Assembly: GCA_963778655.1 (NCBI GenBank)
Contig: CAVZVA010000003.1
Span: 160,001-224,000, forward strand
DNA: 64,000 nt
Reading direction: 5' to 3'
Source: an uncultured delta proteobacterium
GTDB lineage: Bacteria > Myxococcota_A > Polyangia > Polyangiales > JAFGIB01
Part shown: positions 29,047 through 41,427 of the stretch, piece after piece
Position numbering within the stretch: position 1 is the stretch's first letter
Layout of the letters: each line of letters starts with the position of its first letter
Notes under the pieces: generated by a model
What the model was told of the DNA's origin: nothing
Database searches by the model: none
The model's input: the letters and a program-made list of their open reading frames with translations, nothing else
Program-made: the position numbers and the translations under genes

Positions 29047-31566
29047 TCAGCCCGGCGACAGCTCCCGCTCGAGCAGGGCGAATAGAGCCTCTAGGTCGAT
29101 CGGCTTGCGAACGAAAGCGAAGCCCCCGTCCAGGGGCGCGTCCAATCCCGACATGAAGACGACTCGCAGCTGTGGAAGGATTGCACGGGCCCGCCTGGCC
29201 AGCTCTACGCCCGCCATTTCGGGCAGGCGGAGGTCGGTCAGCAAGAGATCGAGGGAGCCCTTGTGCCGGTTGACCGCTGCGAGGGCTTGGGCGGGCGTCG
29301 CGGCTGCGAGCACGCGGTAGCCACGACCGCGCAACAACTCCTGGGCAGCGAGGCGCGCCGCCCGGTCGTCCTCGACCAGCAGGATGGTCTTGCGAGCGCG
29401 TCGCGGGCGCGGCTTCGATCGGGCGCCACGCGCCCGCGCCTGTCGGGCGCGCGGCTCCGGCGCCGCCACGGTTTCCGGTGCCGCCACGGTTTGCAGCAAG
29501 CCTTCCAGCGCAGCGAACAGCTCCATCTTGCCGAAGGGCTTGCGCAGCACCGGCGCGGCCGCGAGCGCGTCGCTGCGCTCGATCAGCTCGGGGCTCGCCG
29601 ACACGAACAGCACGGCCAGCCCGGGATGGCGCCGCAGCAGCTGCGCCGCGAGCTTCGGCCCCGCCATCAGCGGCAGCACGGTGTCCGACACCAGCAGGTC
29701 GAGCGGCTCGCGCAGCGCCTCACTCAGGCGCCGCGCCTCCTCAGCGCTGCCCGCCTCGAGCACCTCCAGACCCGCCTCCTCCAGATAGTGGCGGACCGTG
29801 ATGCGCACCAGCGGCTCGTCCTCCACCACCAGCGCCGTGCCCCCGAAGCGAGGGGCCCCACGTGTGGTGGCGCGCCCCGACTGCGGAAGCGCCTCGCTGC
29901 AGGGGAAACACAGCGTGAAGGTGGCGCCTTCCCCCGGCTCGCTCTTCACCGCGATGTGGCCGCCGAGCTGCTTGACCACGGCAAAAACCGTGGACAGGCC
30001 CAGTCCGGTGCCCTTGCCGACCTCCTTGGTGGTGAAGAACGGCTCGAAGATCCGCGTTCGAGTCTGTCCATCCATGCCGTGTCCGGAGTCCTGCACCACG
30101 AGCCGAACGTGCTCCGGCGCTCCGGCAGCGGCAGCCACGCCCGCACCAAGCGCTTCGGGCCCCACGATGTCGCTGCGGATCGACAGCGATCCGCCCTCCG
30201 GCATGGCGTCGCGAGCGTTGGCCGCCAGGTTCATCAAGATGTGCTCGATCTCCGCGGGGTCCGCCATGATCGCCCTACCCCGCGCATGCAGCTCGACGTC
30301 GAGCGAAACCTGCTTGGTGAGCAGACGCTCGACCAGCGGTGCGGCCGCTTCGATCACCGCGTCGAGCTCGATCGGGCGCGCGTGCGGAGACTGCTTGCGA
30401 GCGAAGCCCATCAGGCGGCGCGCCAGAGCGCCCCCGCGCATGGCGGCGTTCGCAGCTCTGTTCAGGTACTCCCTCGCGCGTTTGGGCGAGACGTTCTCGT
30501 CGAGCGCGACGTTGATGCAACCGAGCATCGCCTGCAGCACGTTGCCGAAGTCGTGAGCGACCCCGGTCGCCAGCGCGGCGACCGCTTCCATCTTCTGCCC
30601 CTGACGCAGCTCCTGCTCCAGCGCGCGCTCGCTGGTGACGTCCTGGATCACCACCACGTCCCGGTGCACGCCACCGTCTTGCTCCTCGATGGGAAAGGCT
30701 CGGGAGCGCACCCAGCGGATCTCGCCGTCCGCCCGGCGTATCCGGTACTCCTGATCGAACGGGACGCCCTGGAGCGTACGCCGGTACGCTTCGGTGACAC
30801 GTTCGCGGTCTTCGGGGTGGACCCATTGCAGCCAGGCACCCGCGCTGCCGTAGGGCTCTACGGCCGGGCGGCCCCACACCCGCTCGAACGCCGGGCTCAC
30901 GTACAGCACCTGTTGACTCTCTCGTTCACGGATCACGAACACGTCGTGGATGTGCTCGGCGATCTGCCGAAAGCGGGCCTCGCTCTCACCCAGCTCCGCC
31001 TCCGCGCGCCGGAGCTCAGTGAGGTCGATCAGCACGGACCTGCACTGCGTGCAGTTACGCTCGCGATCGGCGACCGAGATCGAGTCGAGGTGCACCCGCA
31101 CTAGCGGCCCCGAGCGCACGGCCGATGGCTGCAGGGTGAGGTCGCACCCTCGCTTGGTGGAGCCTGCGAAGACCTCGTGCAGGTGCAGGTGCAGGCAATT
31201 GGCGTCCTGCTCCTGCATGAACGACGACAGGAACCGTCCGATCAGACGCGCTCGCGGCAGCTCGAGCAGCTCGCTCGCGGCCAGATTGGCCTCGAGCACC
31301 TTGCCGGCGCGATCGAGCGTCAAATAGCCGACCGGTGCCAGGTCGTAGAGCGCGTAGTAGCGATCGTGACTCTCGAGCAGGGCCTGCTGCGCAGCGCGGA
31401 GCTCTTCGTTCTGCATCTCGAGCTCGATCTCGTGCACCTCGAGCTCGTGCAGGAGCCGCTTGCGTTCCTGCGGCCGTCCGCGCTCGCCCGGCCTCGCCGC
31501 AAGCGCGAGCTCGGCCCGTCGTCTCAGCGCCCCTTCAGATGATGGTGTGGTGGCGTCCTTTCCCAT
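29047..31566 (-). CDS. Cytoplasmic hybrid histidine kinase (PAS-PAS-HisKA-HATPase-REC-REC)
   Basis: LHELEVHEIELEMQNEEL coiled coil; two PAS domains; GVAHDFGN; NLAANARDAM; FEPFFTTK...GTGLGL; two receiver domains. Confidence 0.93.
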   Translation of the reverse strand: MGKDATTPSSEGALRRRAELALAARPGERGRPQERKRLLHELEVHEIELEMQNEELRAAQQALLESHDRYYALYDLAPVGYLTLDRAGKVLEANLAASELLELPRARLIGRFLSSFMQEQDANCLHLHLHEVFAGSTKRGCDLTLQPSAVRSGPLVRVHLDSISVADRERNCTQCRSVLIDLTELRRAEAELGESEARFRQIAEHIHDVFVIRERESQQVLYVSPAFERVWGRPAVEPYGSAGAWLQWVHPEDRERVTEAYRRTLQGVPFDQEYRIRRADGEIRWVRSRAFPIEEQDGGVHRDVVVIQDVTSERALEQELRQGQKMEAVAALATGVAHDFGNVLQAMLGCINVALDENVSPKRAREYLNRAANAAMRGGALARRLMGFARKQSPHARPIELDAVIEAAAPLVERLLTKQVSLDVELHARGRAIMADPAEIEHILMNLAANARDAMPEGGSLSIRSDIVGPEALGAGVAAAAGAPEHVRLVVQDSGHGMDGQTRTRIFEPFFTTKEVGKGTGLGLSTVFAVVKQLGGHIAVKSEPGEGATFTLCFPCSEALPQSGRATTRGAPRFGGTALVVEDEPLVRITVRHYLEEAGLEVLEAGSAEEARRLSEALREPLDLLVSDTVLPLMAGPKLAAQLLRRHPGLAVLFVSASPELIERSDALAAAPVLRKPFGKMELFAALEGLLQTVAAPETVAAPEPRARQARARGARSKPRPRRARKTILLVEDDRAARLAAQELLRGRGYRVLAAATPAQALAAVNRHKGSLDLLLTDLRLPEMAGVELARRARAILPQLRVVFMSGLDAPLDGGFAFVRKPIDLEALFALLERELSPG

Positions 31567-31584
31567 GCTTTACCCTCCGGCGCC

Positions 31585-34560
<2,976 letters not shown>

Positions 34561-34827
34561 GACAGACAACTCCTTCGAAACCGCGCATGCAGACGGCCGC
34601 TCAACGAGCGCGCTCAAACACGCCTCGCAATCCCCTGCTCGGGTCTCCCGATCGCAGCCCCGAGCGGCGGCGGGGCCGACCCGCAAGTCGAACCGAGAGA
34701 AGCGTACCTGCGCGGCTTCCTGGGTGCAAGCCAGGGTTTCGCGCCCGCGGCCTCGCGCTGGCGCCCTCGGAGCCCCCGGTTTCGCGGGATGTCAGCCGGC
34801 GCGCCAATCGGTGCGGCGCGGGCGCTC

Positions 34828-36000
34828 TCAGCACAGCTCGCGGTAGATGCCCTCGGTCTGACCCGCGACCACGTCCCAGCTGAAGCCGTAGGCCGCTTTG
34901 ACGCGGCCGCGCCCGCCCATGAAGCGCGCGCGCGCGAAGTCGCCGAAGATGGTGTTGATGCCCCAGCACACCGAGGGTGAGTTGGGGTAGACCACGAAGC
35001 CGTCTTCGCCGTGGCTGCAGAAGTCGCGCGGCCCACCGTTGCAGCTCACCACCACGGGCTTTCCGGCCGCCCAAGCCTCGAGCACCACGATGCCGAAGGG
35101 CTCGTTACGGCTCGGAACACACACCACGTCCGTGCTCTTGTAGAGGTTCAACAGATCTCCGTTTGCACTCATCGCGCCCGTGAAGCGGACCGCGTGCTGC
35201 ACCCCGAGCTGCCAAGCGCGGTGCTCGAGCTGCGGGCGCATGTCGCCGTCGCCCACGAACACGACCTTCGCGTCGGGCCGGTGCTCGAGAATGCCCGGCA
35301 CCGCCTCGAGCAGGATGTCCGGTCCCTTTTGCGCGCTCAGCCGACCGACGAACAGAGCCATCGGGTCGAGCGGTCCGATGCCATAGCTCTGGCGGCAAAT
35401 CGCCGGATCGATCGCACCGTCGAAACGGCGGCAGTCGATGCCGTTGCTCACCGCGCGCAGCTTCCAGCCCGGCACCCCGTACAGCCACTTCACCTCATCG
35501 GCGAGCGCGCCGGATACGGTGATCACGCGGTCCGCGACGTATACCCCCTCGGCCTCAACCTCGTGGATGCGCGCGGATGGACCGCCGTTGTAGCGGTTGT
35601 TGCCGCAGCGGCCGTACTCGCTGGAATGAATCGTGAGCACGGTGCGGGCGCCGCGGTCGTTCTTGACCTGGATGATGCCCTTGGCGCACAGCCAGTCGTG
35701 ACCATGCACGATGTCGAAACGCGCATCCTGGTAGGTTTCGGTCTGTGCCAGGAAGTACACGAAGGCGTTGCCCATGTTGTTCATTTCCGTCACGAAGTCC
35801 GGATGCAGCTCGATCGGACAACGGTGGTAGTGCACGCCATCGATGACGGCGTAGGCCGTCTGCCCGGCGGCAAGGCGGCAAAACACATGCACCTCGTGGC
35901 CGCGGCGCTGCAGGCCCGCCGCCAGCTCCGTCACGTGCGCCGCCTGGCCGCCCACGGCGACCGAGTGCAGGCTTTCCCATGCAAACAGCGCGATTCTCAT
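34828..36000 (-). CDS. GT4 family glycosyltransferase
   Basis: MRIALFAWESLHSVAVGG, HGHDW, TIHSSEYGR, FVGRLSAQKG and NEPFGIVVLEAW. Confidence 0.92.
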   Translation of the reverse strand: MRIALFAWESLHSVAVGGQAAHVTELAAGLQRRGHEVHVFCRLAAGQTAYAVIDGVHYHRCPIELHPDFVTEMNNMGNAFVYFLAQTETYQDARFDIVHGHDWLCAKGIIQVKNDRGARTVLTIHSSEYGRCGNNRYNGGPSARIHEVEAEGVYVADRVITVSGALADEVKWLYGVPGWKLRAVSNGIDCRRFDGAIDPAICRQSYGIGPLDPMALFVGRLSAQKGPDILLEAVPGILEHRPDAKVVFVGDGDMRPQLEHRAWQLGVQHAVRFTGAMSANGDLLNLYKSTDVVCVPSRNEPFGIVVLEAWAAGKPVVVSCNGGPRDFCSHGEDGFVVYPNSPSVCWGINTIFGDFARARFMGGRGRVKAAYGFSWDVVAGQTEGIYRELC

Positions 36001-36160
36001 GCGACCCCAGGGGGCGGTGGGGGGGGCGGTGCTGGCCTTTACATGCCCCCAGCAGGAGCCGTGGCAAGCGGGTCCATCGCTTGCCCAAGCGCTCACGATT
36101 GTATGACGCCTGCCAACGAGCTCTTGATCGCGGGCAAACGGCGTGCAAGGACAGCCGTGC

Positions 36161-36487
36161 ATGAGCCAGGGGGGACCCACGCCTGCCCGCCAGGGGACGC
36201 AGGACCTCGGCACCGAGCACGAGCCCGGCGAGTTGGATACGCTCGTGCCCGAGCTGCGCCATGGCCTGGCCGGCGCCTGGAGCGCGATCCGAGTCGTCCG
36301 CAACCGCGCGGCCGACGCCACTGACCGCGTGGTGCTCGATGCGGCGCTCGCGCATCTGGAGCGCATGGACCGCCAGCTGCGCCAGCTGGCGTGCCAGGCT
36401 GAGACCTGCAGCGGCCGCAGCGGCGTGCGCGAAGCCGTGCACCCACCCGTCGAGCGCGGTCAGGCTGAACGGTCTCAGAAGCGCTGA
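36161..36487 (+). CDS. Small helical protein resembling a degenerate stand-alone HisKA dimerisation domain
   Basis: LVPELRHGLAGAWSAIRVVR...VLDAALAHLERMDRQLRQL resembles the (A)HELRNPL two-helix pattern; AAGGA RBS. Confidence 0.45.
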   Translation: MSQGGPTPARQGTQDLGTEHEPGELDTLVPELRHGLAGAWSAIRVVRNRAADATDRVVLDAALAHLERMDRQLRQLACQAETCSGRSGVREAVHPPVERGQAERSQKR

Positions 36488-36858
36488 CTCGGTGAGCCCA
36501 GCCCACCGAGGGTTCTCAGCAGGCATTCGAGATCGATCGGTTTCGGTAGCACGGGGTGGCAGCTCAAGACGCCCGCCGTCCGCACCAGCGCCTCGTCGGC
36601 TCCACCTGTCATGAACAGGTAGCTGGGCTCGCGGCGCTCCCGCATCAAGCGCCGGACCAGCTCGACGCCGTTCATGTCGGGCATCAGCAGGTCGACCAGC
36701 GCCACGTCGTAGCGGAAGCTTGCGGCCCACCCGAGCGCTTGACGGCTGTCATGAGCCACCGCAACCCTGTGCCCTTCGGCACGCAGAACCTCGCCGAGGT
36801 TGTCCGCCAGCTCGCTATTGTCGTCGGCAATGAGCACGTGTCTCACGACCAACCCCAT
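36475..36858 (-). CDS. Single-domain response regulator
   Basis: VLIADD, ALVDLLMPDMNG, FMTG and LPKP. Confidence 0.88.
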   Translation of the reverse strand: MGLVVRHVLIADDNSELADNLGEVLRAEGHRVAVAHDSRQALGWAASFRYDVALVDLLMPDMNGVELVRRLMRERREPSYLFMTGGADEALVRTAGVLSCHPVLPKPIDLECLLRTLGGLGSPSQRF

Positions 36859-37099
36859 TCAGCACAGCCTACCCGAACACCGCGAATAGGCCAGCAACAA
36901 GAGAACGCGCCTTGGGCGCTTGCTCCCCAATCGCTGGGGTGGCGCACGCGCCGGAGCGAAGCCAATCCAGGCTCTCGCGCTCTTTGGAGAATACAAGGAG
37001 CGACGCGCCGGTATTCCCTCTCACTTGATCGGCCAGCGACCTGCTGGCCCGTCCAGGCCCAAAACCGCTGGTAGCGTCGAGCCGATTGGCCGATTGCGC

Positions 37100-38287
37100 T
37101 CAAACGACGAGCACGCGCTGCGCAACGAAGTCCTCGTACATACGGTCGAGCACGGACAGCCTTTCGGCCACGATCGTGTCGACCTCGGGCTCGACGTCAT
37201 GCACGGCGCAGCCGCCGGCGAGCCAGCAGCGCACGTGCACCAGCTGCGGCATGCGCACCGGCGCGCCCACGCGGCTGACCAGGTAGCATTCGGCGCCACG
37301 CAGCCCGCCCACGCGTTGCACCAGCTGCTCGGCGATCAGGCTCGCCGCGACGTTGTAGAGCTTGCCGACGTGGGAGACCGGGTTCTTGCCCGCAACCGAC
37401 TCCATCGTCATCGGCCGGTAGGGCGTGATCAACCCGTTGGCGCGATTGCCGCGGCCCGCCTCGCCGTCGTCACCGGCTTCGGCCGAGGTACCGGTGACGG
37501 TCCAGTAGATCTGCTCGCGCGCCAGATCGTCGGCGGCATTGACCTCGACCTCTGCTCCGGCGCCGAGTACGCGGGCGTCCTCGCGCAGCGCTTCGCGAGC
37601 GCCGGCGTACTGCCGCAGGCTCGCGATGTGCGCGCTGACGAACGCATCGGAGACGGTGAGCCCGACCCGCTCGCCTCGGCGGACCGCCATCACCTTGAGA
37701 TCCTCACCGCGCTCGGGGTGCGCGCGCAGCGCTTCGGGGGAGCGCAGCCCGCGCTCGGTGCGGAGCACCGTGGCTTCGAGCGGCGTCAGCGGCGCGAAGC
37801 CGGCGCCGCACGAGGTGTCGTTGGCCAGGGGCTCGCCTGCGACCTGCCGGCGCAGGAACAGCTCCACCAGGTCGGTCGAGCCCGGCCGAACGCGGCAAAA
37901 GAGCTTGACGTGGCGATCCGGGTCGAGATGGCGCAGGTGCGCGCGCAGCCACTGCTTGCAGCTCTCGAGCGCGAGCTCCTCGACCGGCACGCGCACTCCA
38001 CCCGCCTCGAAGGTGGCGCGGCCCGCCAGGTAGATCTCGATCGGCGCGGTGACCTCGCCGCCGCCGAAGGCCGGCCTGGACTGGCCGCCGACCAGCAACA
38101 CCTTGTCGACGTTGTGGTGCAAGATGACGCCGAAGCGCTCGAGATAGAAACGACAGAGCGCCACGCTCACCTCTTCGGCCAGCGCGTCGCACAGGGTGTC
38201 CGGATGCCCGAGCCCCTTACGCTCGACCATTTCCACCGGCTGCAGCTCGGGCAGCGGATCCTTTCGGGCCGTGACGACGATCTCCAT
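37100..38287 (-). CDS. Archaeal-type S-adenosylmethionine synthetase
   Basis: VERKGLGHPDTLCD, ILHHNVDK, ANDTS, GEDLKVM, GTSAEAGDDG, GRGNRANGLIT and GKNPVSHVGKLYN. Confidence 0.92.
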   Translation of the reverse strand: MEIVVTARKDPLPELQPVEMVERKGLGHPDTLCDALAEEVSVALCRFYLERFGVILHHNVDKVLLVGGQSRPAFGGGEVTAPIEIYLAGRATFEAGGVRVPVEELALESCKQWLRAHLRHLDPDRHVKLFCRVRPGSTDLVELFLRRQVAGEPLANDTSCGAGFAPLTPLEATVLRTERGLRSPEALRAHPERGEDLKVMAVRRGERVGLTVSDAFVSAHIASLRQYAGAREALREDARVLGAGAEVEVNAADDLAREQIYWTVTGTSAEAGDDGEAGRGNRANGLITPYRPMTMESVAGKNPVSHVGKLYNVAASLIAEQLVQRVGGLRGAECYLVSRVGAPVRMPQLVHVRCWLAGGCAVHDVEPEVDTIVAERLSVLDRMYEDFVAQRVLVV

Positions 38288-38587
38288 GAGGGCACCCCTG
38301 GCGCGGCCATCCCGCCCGCGCGGACCGGCCCGAGCACGAAATTACGCACGCGCGCGCGCCCGACCAGGCCCCTGCAGTCGTTGTGGCCGAAGACGCGGAT
38401 GCAGCAGGAAGACCGGAAGGCGGCAAGCGCCGTTGCGCCCGAACCCGTCGTGCTCCGAAAACCGTAGCGAGGCCCTGTCTTGACGCGAGCGGACCAGCAG
38501 CTCTCGTGGGTCTGAGACGCGGTCTCGCTAGGGGTTGTCTCCCGCTGCGAAACGCACTACCCAAGATCGATGCCGCGAGCCACGTCC

Positions 38588-40045
38588 ATGCCGCTCTCGA
38601 TCTGGATGGTTGCCGCGGAAGTCTCGCCGCTGGCGGAGACCGGCGGGCTCGGCGAGGTGCTGCGCGCGCTGCCGTCGGCGCTGGCGCGGCGCGGCGCACG
38701 CGCGCGCCGCTTCCTGCCGGCGTACGCGAGCATCGACCGGCAGGGCTTCGAGCCGGACGGGCCGGCATTCGCGCTCGCGCTGGGCCCGGACAGCGTGTCG
38801 GTAAGGCTGTGGTCGCGGGCCGACGCACCCGGGCTCACCACCACGCTGGTCGAGCACGATCCGGCGTTTGGCCGCGCCGGAATCTATGGCGACCGCGAGG
38901 GCGACTACCCTGACAACGCGCGCCGCTTTGCGCTGCTGTGCCGCGCGGTTTGCGCTGCCGCGCAGCGCGCGGCGGAGCCGCCGCAGATCCTGCACGCCCA
39001 CGACTGGCCCGCGGGGGCTGTGCCGCTGCTCGCCCGGCTGGGGCGCGCGGGAACGCCGCGGCCGTGCACGCTCTTCACCATCCACAACCTGTCATACCAG
39101 GGGCTGTTCGAGCCCGCTGCGCTGCGCTGGTTGGGCCTGAGCGACGACGAGGGCGCACAGGTCTACCAGCCGTTCGACGGCGTGGAGTTCTACGGGCAGC
39201 TGAGCTTCATGAAGGCGGCGCTGGTGTACGCGGACCGCATCACCACCGTGAGCCCGACGCACGCCCGCGAGATCCAGACGCCGGCATTCGGCGCCGGGCT
39301 CGACGGCCTGCTGCGCCGGCGCGCGGCCGATCTGTCGGGTGTGCTGAACGGCGCGGACTACGACAGTTGGAACCCGGCGCGCGACCCAGCGCTTCGCAAG
39401 CGTTACGACGCGACGACGGTGGCGGCGGGCAAGCGCGCAGCCGCTTCGGCGCTGCGCAGAACGCTCGCCCTGCCGCGCTCCAAGCGCCCGATCGTGGGCC
39501 TGCTCGGCCGTCTGGTCCCACAGAAGGGCGTCGACCTGGTGATCGAGGCGATCCCGAGCTTGCTGGAGCTCGGCGTCGATCTGGTGGTGCTGGGCGATGG
39601 CCTGCCCGAGCTCGCCGCGCGGCTCGAGCGCGCCCGCGCGCAGCACCCACGCCGGGTCGGGCTACGCCTGGGCTACGACCGCGCCCTGGCGCGAGTGCTG
39701 CTGGCCGGCAGCGAGCTGATGCTGATGCCGTCCCGCTACGAGCCCTGTGGCCTCACGCAGATCTACGCGATGCGCTACGGCTCGATCCCCGTCGCGCATG
39801 CGACCGGAGGCCTGTGCGACACCATCCGTGACGCCGATCGCAGCTCCGACGGCACCGGCTTTTTGTTCGAAACCGCGACCGCCGCCGAGCTCGCGCGCGG
39901 CGTGGAGCGCGCCCTCCAGTGGCGCGCGAACGCCGAGCTGTGGGATGCGCTGCGCCAGCGCGCCATGCGAGAAGACTTCTCCTGGCAAAGGGCCGCGCAA
40001 GCATATGAGCAGCTCTACGCCCTGCTCCTGCCGGAGCCACGCTGA
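38588..40045 (+). CDS. glgA: Glycogen synthase (GT5)
   Basis: AAEVSPLAETGGLGEV, DYPDNARRF, HAHDW, TIHNLSYQG, GRLVPQKG and PSRYEPCGLTQ. Start could be 38570. Confidence 0.92.
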   Translation: MPLSIWMVAAEVSPLAETGGLGEVLRALPSALARRGARARRFLPAYASIDRQGFEPDGPAFALALGPDSVSVRLWSRADAPGLTTTLVEHDPAFGRAGIYGDREGDYPDNARRFALLCRAVCAAAQRAAEPPQILHAHDWPAGAVPLLARLGRAGTPRPCTLFTIHNLSYQGLFEPAALRWLGLSDDEGAQVYQPFDGVEFYGQLSFMKAALVYADRITTVSPTHAREIQTPAFGAGLDGLLRRRAADLSGVLNGADYDSWNPARDPALRKRYDATTVAAGKRAAASALRRTLALPRSKRPIVGLLGRLVPQKGVDLVIEAIPSLLELGVDLVVLGDGLPELAARLERARAQHPRRVGLRLGYDRALARVLLAGSELMLMPSRYEPCGLTQIYAMRYGSIPVAHATGGLCDTIRDADRSSDGTGFLFETATAAELARGVERALQWRANAELWDALRQRAMREDFSWQRAAQAYEQLYALLLPEPR

Positions 40046-41427
40046 TGCACGATCTCGCACGCTGGCTGCCGACGAATCTGTACGGCCTGGTAATCTCGAG
40101 CAGCGTCGCGATCGCCAGCGCGGTCGTGCTGGTGTGGGCCCGCCGGCTGGCCGGCCGCTTCATCGCGCGTCTGCCTGCGGCCGCGCCCTGGCCCCGGCTC
40201 ACCGAGGCGATGCGCTCGGCCTTGCGCCTTTCGCCGCTGTGGATCGCGCTGTTGAGCCTGTACGCGGCGCTGCTGGTCTCGCACGTACCCACGCCGCTGC
40301 GCGAGCGCATCGCCCGCTTGCTGCTGACGCTGTTCCTGCTTTCGCTCGGCGTCGCTGCGGTCCGCTTCGCGCGTCGGGCCAGCGCGGCCGTGGCGGAGCA
40401 CATCGAGCTGCCGCACGGCTGGCGGCGCACGAGCGCCTCCGTGCTGGCCTCGATCATCGGCATCATCACCGCGCTGATGCTGCTCGAGGTGTGGGGCGTT
40501 CCGACCGCGCCAATGCTGGTGGTGCTGGTACTGGTGGCGATCCTGACGCTGGTGGCGCTGCGCGACGTGTTGCCGACCCTGGTGGCCGCGTTTCAGGTGA
40601 GCGCGCTCGATCAGGTACAACCCGGAGACTACTTGAAGCTCGAGAGCGGCGAGCAGGGAACGGTCGAGCAGATCACCTGGCGCGACCTGGTGCTCAAGGG
40701 CGTCGACGGCAGCCACGTGCGCGTCCCGCTCTCGAAGGTGGTGCGCCTGCTGGTCTCGCGACGCGGGCCCGCGCCGAAGCAGGCCGAGACACCGCTGCAG
40801 TTCGTGTATCGCAGCCACCTGCGCGAGCTCACCGGCCTGCGCGCACGCAACCTGACCGAGCTGATCGACGGGTTGCGCAAGGTGCCGGACAGCTCGATCT
40901 ACTATCACACTCACGAGTATCTGGAGGAGCACCAATATCTGGTGCCTTCTCCGGCCAACGCCTTCGCCGAGTGGGTGGGCCGTTCGCTGGGGCTGGATGA
41001 GGTCGCCGAGGCGCTCGAGTCGATCAACGTGCTCGAGGTCGCCAGGTTGGCCACGTTGCGCGCGTCCATCCTGGAGGTGCTGCAGAACGCGATCGCGCAG
41101 CAAGGCGACGCACGCAGCGCGCTACCGGGGCACGAGCTGCACTTCGTCAGCTCCGTCACCTTCGTGACGCCCTGCCCCTACACCGCCTCCAACCTGAGCG
41201 AGCTCGCCGCCGTGATCCCCAGGCTCTCGCTGTCCTCGCTGTACTTCCACCTGTTCGAGGCGCGGCTGCTCGGCAGCAAGGACGCAGACAGCGACATCGC
41301 AACTTGGCTCCGCCGCCAGCTCGGCGAGAGCGAGCTGGCCGCAGAGGTCGGGCGCATGAACGCGGCCGATTATACCTTCGAGGGGCTGCGGGACGCCGTG
41401 CTCCAACGCATCGAGGCGCGACTGTGA
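40045..41427 (+). CDS. MscS-like membrane/beta domain fused to a DUF5752-like tandem-repeat domain
   Basis: About five TM helices, then PGDYLKLESGEQGTVEQITWR (MscS middle domain), then two repeats (A-x-NL-x-EL...SS(I/L)Y(Y/F)H...W(V/L)...LG). ATG overlaps the glgA stop. Confidence 0.8.
   Translation: MHDLARWLPTNLYGLVISSSVAIASAVVLVWARRLAGRFIARLPAAAPWPRLTEAMRSALRLSPLWIALLSLYAALLVSHVPTPLRERIARLLLTLFLLSLGVAAVRFARRASAAVAEHIELPHGWRRTSASVLASIIGIITALMLLEVWGVPTAPMLVVLVLVAILTLVALRDVLPTLVAAFQVSALDQVQPGDYLKLESGEQGTVEQITWRDLVLKGVDGSHVRVPLSKVVRLLVSRRGPAPKQAETPLQFVYRSHLRELTGLRARNLTELIDGLRKVPDSSIYYHTHEYLEEHQYLVPSPANAFAEWVGRSLGLDEVAEALESINVLEVARLATLRASILEVLQNAIAQQGDARSALPGHELHFVSSVTFVTPCPYTASNLSELAAVIPRLSLSSLYFHLFEARLLGSKDADSDIATWLRRQLGESELAAEVGRMNAADYTFEGLRDAVLQRIEARL

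Noticed and set aside
29456..29493. 18-bp tandem repeat
   Set aside because: In-frame linker duplication (TVAAPE x2) between the two receiver domains.
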